Shown here piece by piece: positions 59,982 to 64,000 of a DNA stretch of 64,000 nt (its first letter is position 1; every line of letters begins with the position of its first letter). The notes below the pieces were generated by a model that was not told where the DNA came from, made no database searches, and saw only the letters and a program-made list of their open reading frames with translations. The position numbers and the translations under genes were made by a program. The stretch lies in assembly GCA_044892505.1 (NCBI GenBank), contig CM097883.1, positions 445,408,001 through 445,472,000 of the forward strand, given 5' to 3'. Origin of the DNA: Schmidtea nova. Lineage: Eukaryota.

Positions 59982-62900
59982 ATTGTTTGGCGATTTCGTG
60001 TTTTTATTAATAATAGGCCATCATTTTTTCGATATTTCGATATAAAATTATAAATTTAAAATTTGTAGAAAGTCTTACAAAATTATTATTATCATTTTAA
60101 TTCTAAAATTGTTTTATATATATTATAACCCCCCCCCCCGATATCACGTAATCATAATACATCCATATTTGCAAAACAATACATCCACACCATTCATTAA
60201 CACCATCCATACTAATATCACATGCAACATTCAGTTAAATACAATGCACACACAACATGGTTTCACTCTTTAACATTCATTAGCATCACACACCCAGAAA
60301 ATTCAGACATAAAATTCAATTCAACAACTTCTGCCTGCATCATACATCCAGAATTTTCACAAGCATTCACACCCATATTTGAATTATCTATTTCATCCAA
60401 CAATCTATTCAACATACAATCACATATAGTCACATACAACCTCCCACATTCATACCATTACGACAACAAAACTCATAATAACTCATGAACGGATTTACTA
60501 TCACTACTCCTTACATCATTCATGAAACTCCTATACCCATATCATTTACATCAACTCATCTCATTCAACCCTCACGTATAGCACAATACCCTCAAAGTCC
60601 TAAATAACTCCCACCAATCTCATATCATCATCAAGCCATTCACATCACTGGACAACTTTAACAACACAAATTGCAAATATTAATACCCGAGATACCCAAA
60701 ATACTTAAACGTCATGTAAAATTTTAAAAGAAATTCATCAACACATTGTTCCTAGTCCTCAATATTACTGTAAACGCTGTTCATGAAAACTCAGTTTATC
60801 ACTTTGGTGCCTATATCGTGAAGCCCTTCATGAGTCGAATTTCCCGTTAGATTCTTAAATTCTGGATAATCGGTATTCATAGTAGAAGGGAAATAAAAAA
60901 ATTTTCCAAGGGATTGCATAACCAGTTAAACATGTTCCAAAGGAGTTGCGTCGACATTTAAAATTTTTCGAGAAATTGGATTAAACCTAAAATTTAAACT
61001 TTTTTGAGAAAAAACCACCTAATGTGTGATGAATATGCATTGAAATTCGAAAATAAATTAGTAACACGTGTACTTTAATTACTAAAATCAAAAGAAAATG
61101 TAACAATCAAAGTTTATTTGGCAGTCCATTAGAGAGAAGATACAAATCGAAAATACCAGATATAAAATTCCAAGGTTTGACAAACAAATAAATATAGTCA
61201 TGTAAATGTTGGCAGAAAGACTGATTCCCAAAAGCTAGATTTTTCCTAAAAATAAAACTGTAATTCACGAAAATTATCAACGAAATAAAATTTCTACCTG
61301 AACCTGTAAACTGTCAAAATTCAAAATTTTTCCTTTTGAAAATAATCGATCAATATCCATATTATACGAATTCATCCCATAATATAATGAAACAACCAAT
61401 CAGGTTGCGTTTGTTTGTGTGGTTGCTGATATCTGATTTTTTTATTATTTTAAACAAGATTAATTAAACCATAATTAAATTTTTGATTAAATATCTTGAT
61501 TAAAATTTCTTTTTCCAAGTGCACTTTAAAATTTGCAGGAAATTTTAAATTAGAATTAAATAATCAGATCATGTTGAAAAACCAAATTTGACGACTATAA
61601 ATTTTAAGAGGAAAGTTTTACTGAATCAAAATCGTTACTAAGGCCTCGGCAAAATTTTAAAATTCAAAAGATAACTTTAAATTAAAACTTATTATCCTTA
61701 TTTATAACACAAGATATGAATAAAGTTTTACTTAAAATTTGAATATTAAAAACAATAATTTAGAAAAGTCACGAGAACTATAAAAATTCGGGTCTAAATA
61801 ATGGTAATTGAATATTCCAAAATATAGTTATTTTCTAAAGGAATAATTGATCCCCGAATTGAGTTGTGATGATATGTTGAGTACGAGCTTGCGAATAAAA
61901 GGAATGCGTGAATATTCTTGTGTATTTGGATATATCGAGTATAATGAATGATTGGGACAAATTAACAAACTTTTATCGATGAGATTATTTCATTTTGCTA
62001 ATTTGAAATAGTTGTCTGCAGTTAAATCATTGAAGAAAGGACAAGATGGGCATTAAACCTTCTATCGGTAGCCCTTGGTCCCAGGAGATATTCGGTCAAT
62101 CATAGTTTCGAATTTTCTACGCTCACTGATTGCGAATACACACCCATTTGTTGCATTACCAACGTTACAATGTGGCGGGCAATAAGATGGTTAATCTAAT
62201 GTTTTATGTGTTGAGTTGTTGGTGTGAGCCATAGTAACGCCAAGGTCATATTGACGATCAACAACCCACCAAGATTATATAAAGTTAATTTCCCTCTAAA
62301 CAATATAAACTGTTAGATGTATTTATATAAACAATTCGTAATTATACCATTTATATTTTATTATTTGAATGTTGTGGTATGTTGAAATTGAATGTTGAAA
62401 TCGTTCGAAATATTATTTGGATTTAAATTAATTCTCCATATATGAATTAAGAAAATACTTTTTTTAAATAATATAGTTTTCACGTCTTTGAATTTTTAAT
62501 GTATAAATCTAAAACGAATCCTAACATAAACTAAAACTATTGCGATCAAATTTCTTTGAATTTATAAAATATTATAAATTTTTTCTGTAAATAGATCGAA
62601 TATGGAATGGTTTATACATTTTATTCCTTTTAAAAATGAGCTTAGAACATCTTTTTCAATCTTGTGTTTTTGAAAACTTTCATGGTATTTCAAAAATGTG
62701 GAGTTTTTTCACTTCCGTAAATATTTCACGAGTAGCAACTAGTTTCCATTAATTTATATTAACAATTACTCTTTGTTTTACTTTATCATTAATTAAATTT
62801 TCAAAAAATGATTTTGAAAAAATGAGTTACTATTAATAATTTTTTCAAAGCTTTTAAAAAGAGAAGTTATGATAATAACTTATTATTTTTATTGTCAATT

Positions 62901-64000
62901 TTTTTAAAAACTACTTCAGGTTTTTCAGATATTGCTTCATTGCTCGATGAAACTTCTGATTTATTCCTAAAACAAAACGTTCTTTTATTAGAATTAGACT
63001 TGAAAGAATATAAAATTTTTCATGCTCGTAACTGATTATATACTTGAAAACATAATTCATGCCACCAAATAGCTATCATAAACTCAGTCAAATGTCATTA
63101 GAGTTGTCTGAATTTAAAGAATTGTTTATAAAGATTAAAGAATTCATATCTGGATGTTGTAAACCCCAAATAATGTCTATTTACTAAATATTTGAAACGA
63201 AAATGGGATAATTTGAGACTGGATTAATTGTTGATGTAGTTTTTTTCAAAATTTGAACATAAAGTATGAAATATGTACAAAATCCATCAATCTAGCTGGT
63301 GATTTACGAGAGTCGACCGTAATTGCCGGGTAATAAATTCCAAAAAAACAGCAAAGAATTGACAACGATTCATTACAAATTAGTTCAAATATATATTACA
63401 CACATGATATACGAAATATTTTGATGTGATAATTTCCGTTATTGATTAGGATATTATGGATTTACATAAGAGCGTTAGTTTTATTTTAATCTATTATTTA
63501 ATATTTTTTTAATTACTAAATATTAATAATTTTAATTAAATATATTAAGTTATTTAATTTTTTGTTAGCTAATTTTGATTGGTTTATTTATCGACTAATT
63601 AAAATTGAGTAATTTCGATATTTAATAAGGAAATTTGTTTCCCCCATTTTTGAATGAGTTTTTAATTTTTTGGATTTAAATTATACATTTTTGGTTTATA
63701 TTATTTATATGGGTAGTTATTGGTTAATTGTTAACCCATAACTTATTGATGCACGATAACTCATTACCTATGATAGACTTATCCTGTTTAAAAGGGGTAA
63801 TCATAATTACTTAAAAAGTTATTCAAAATCCCCAAAAGATGACCTAAAACCTTCAAAATGATAAAAACCAAAATTGACCAATAAAAACTCATCAAAATGT
63901 ACTTATTGAAATGACCTCAAATCATCAAATAAGTTATTAAAATAACCGAAAAACAAAATATACCTAATACTCACGATAAAATGTCCATATGAAACGACTT

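Larger units (their letters stand above)
59047..60006 (+). mobile_element. 5'-truncated Penelope-like element with inverted ~170-bp pseudo-LTRs
   Basis: ORF 59205-59873 with one in-frame stop: LNKNGYSKAFV...VLVIPY...VYKFSCNGCNATYIGETSRHLRTRVQEH...ILCEALVIK...PTIN. Inverted arms ~59047-59217 and ~59835-60006. Confidence 0.9.
58950..62280 (-). mobile_element. 3' part of large LTR-like element, copy B, interrupted by a Penelope-like insertion
   Basis: Blocks 58950-59045 plus 60040-60130, poly-C at ~60129, CA-rich 60140-60600 and 61850-62275 match 18600-20960. Confidence 0.5.

Noticed and set aside
62900-63400. LLDETSD motif suggesting a hAT transposase remnant
   Set aside because: Too short and degenerate to support.

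Overview
AT-rich eukaryotic (animal) nuclear DNA with short GT-AG introns and three assembly gaps. The AT content, ~44-70 bp introns, a decayed TRAF gene and abundant mariner/Penelope/Gypsy debris would fit a triclad flatworm, but that is inference only. Host genes: a 7-exon taxilin (minus, 32542-36234) head-to-head with the multi-exon nucleoporin TPR/Megator (plus, 36811-45635), a 3-exon secreted phospholipase A2 (minus, ~49.8-51.1 kb), a disrupted intronless TRAF gene (29324-31060), a PP4R1-like N-terminal fragment and two orphan ORF types. The rest is transposon-derived: a ~6.5-7 kb tandem duplication (0.6-12.3 kb) containing piggyBac, mariner and hAT remnants; a Tigger relic; a full-length hAT inserted into a Gypsy RNase H; a Tc1-like element carrying tandem micro-exons; a complete Gmr1-type Gypsy (PR-IN-RT-RH order, 130-bp LTRs, AGAAC TSD); and Penelope-like elements, one with inverted pseudo-LTRs bearing hammerhead motifs. 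The most unusual object is a 351-bp insertion at 9797-10147. It looks like a MITE but reads as one LTR plus an 18-nt tRNA-Leu PBS (i.e. plus-strand strong-stop DNA) followed by an inverted copy of its own U3 end, with a 5-bp TSD and an empty site in the sister duplicate.
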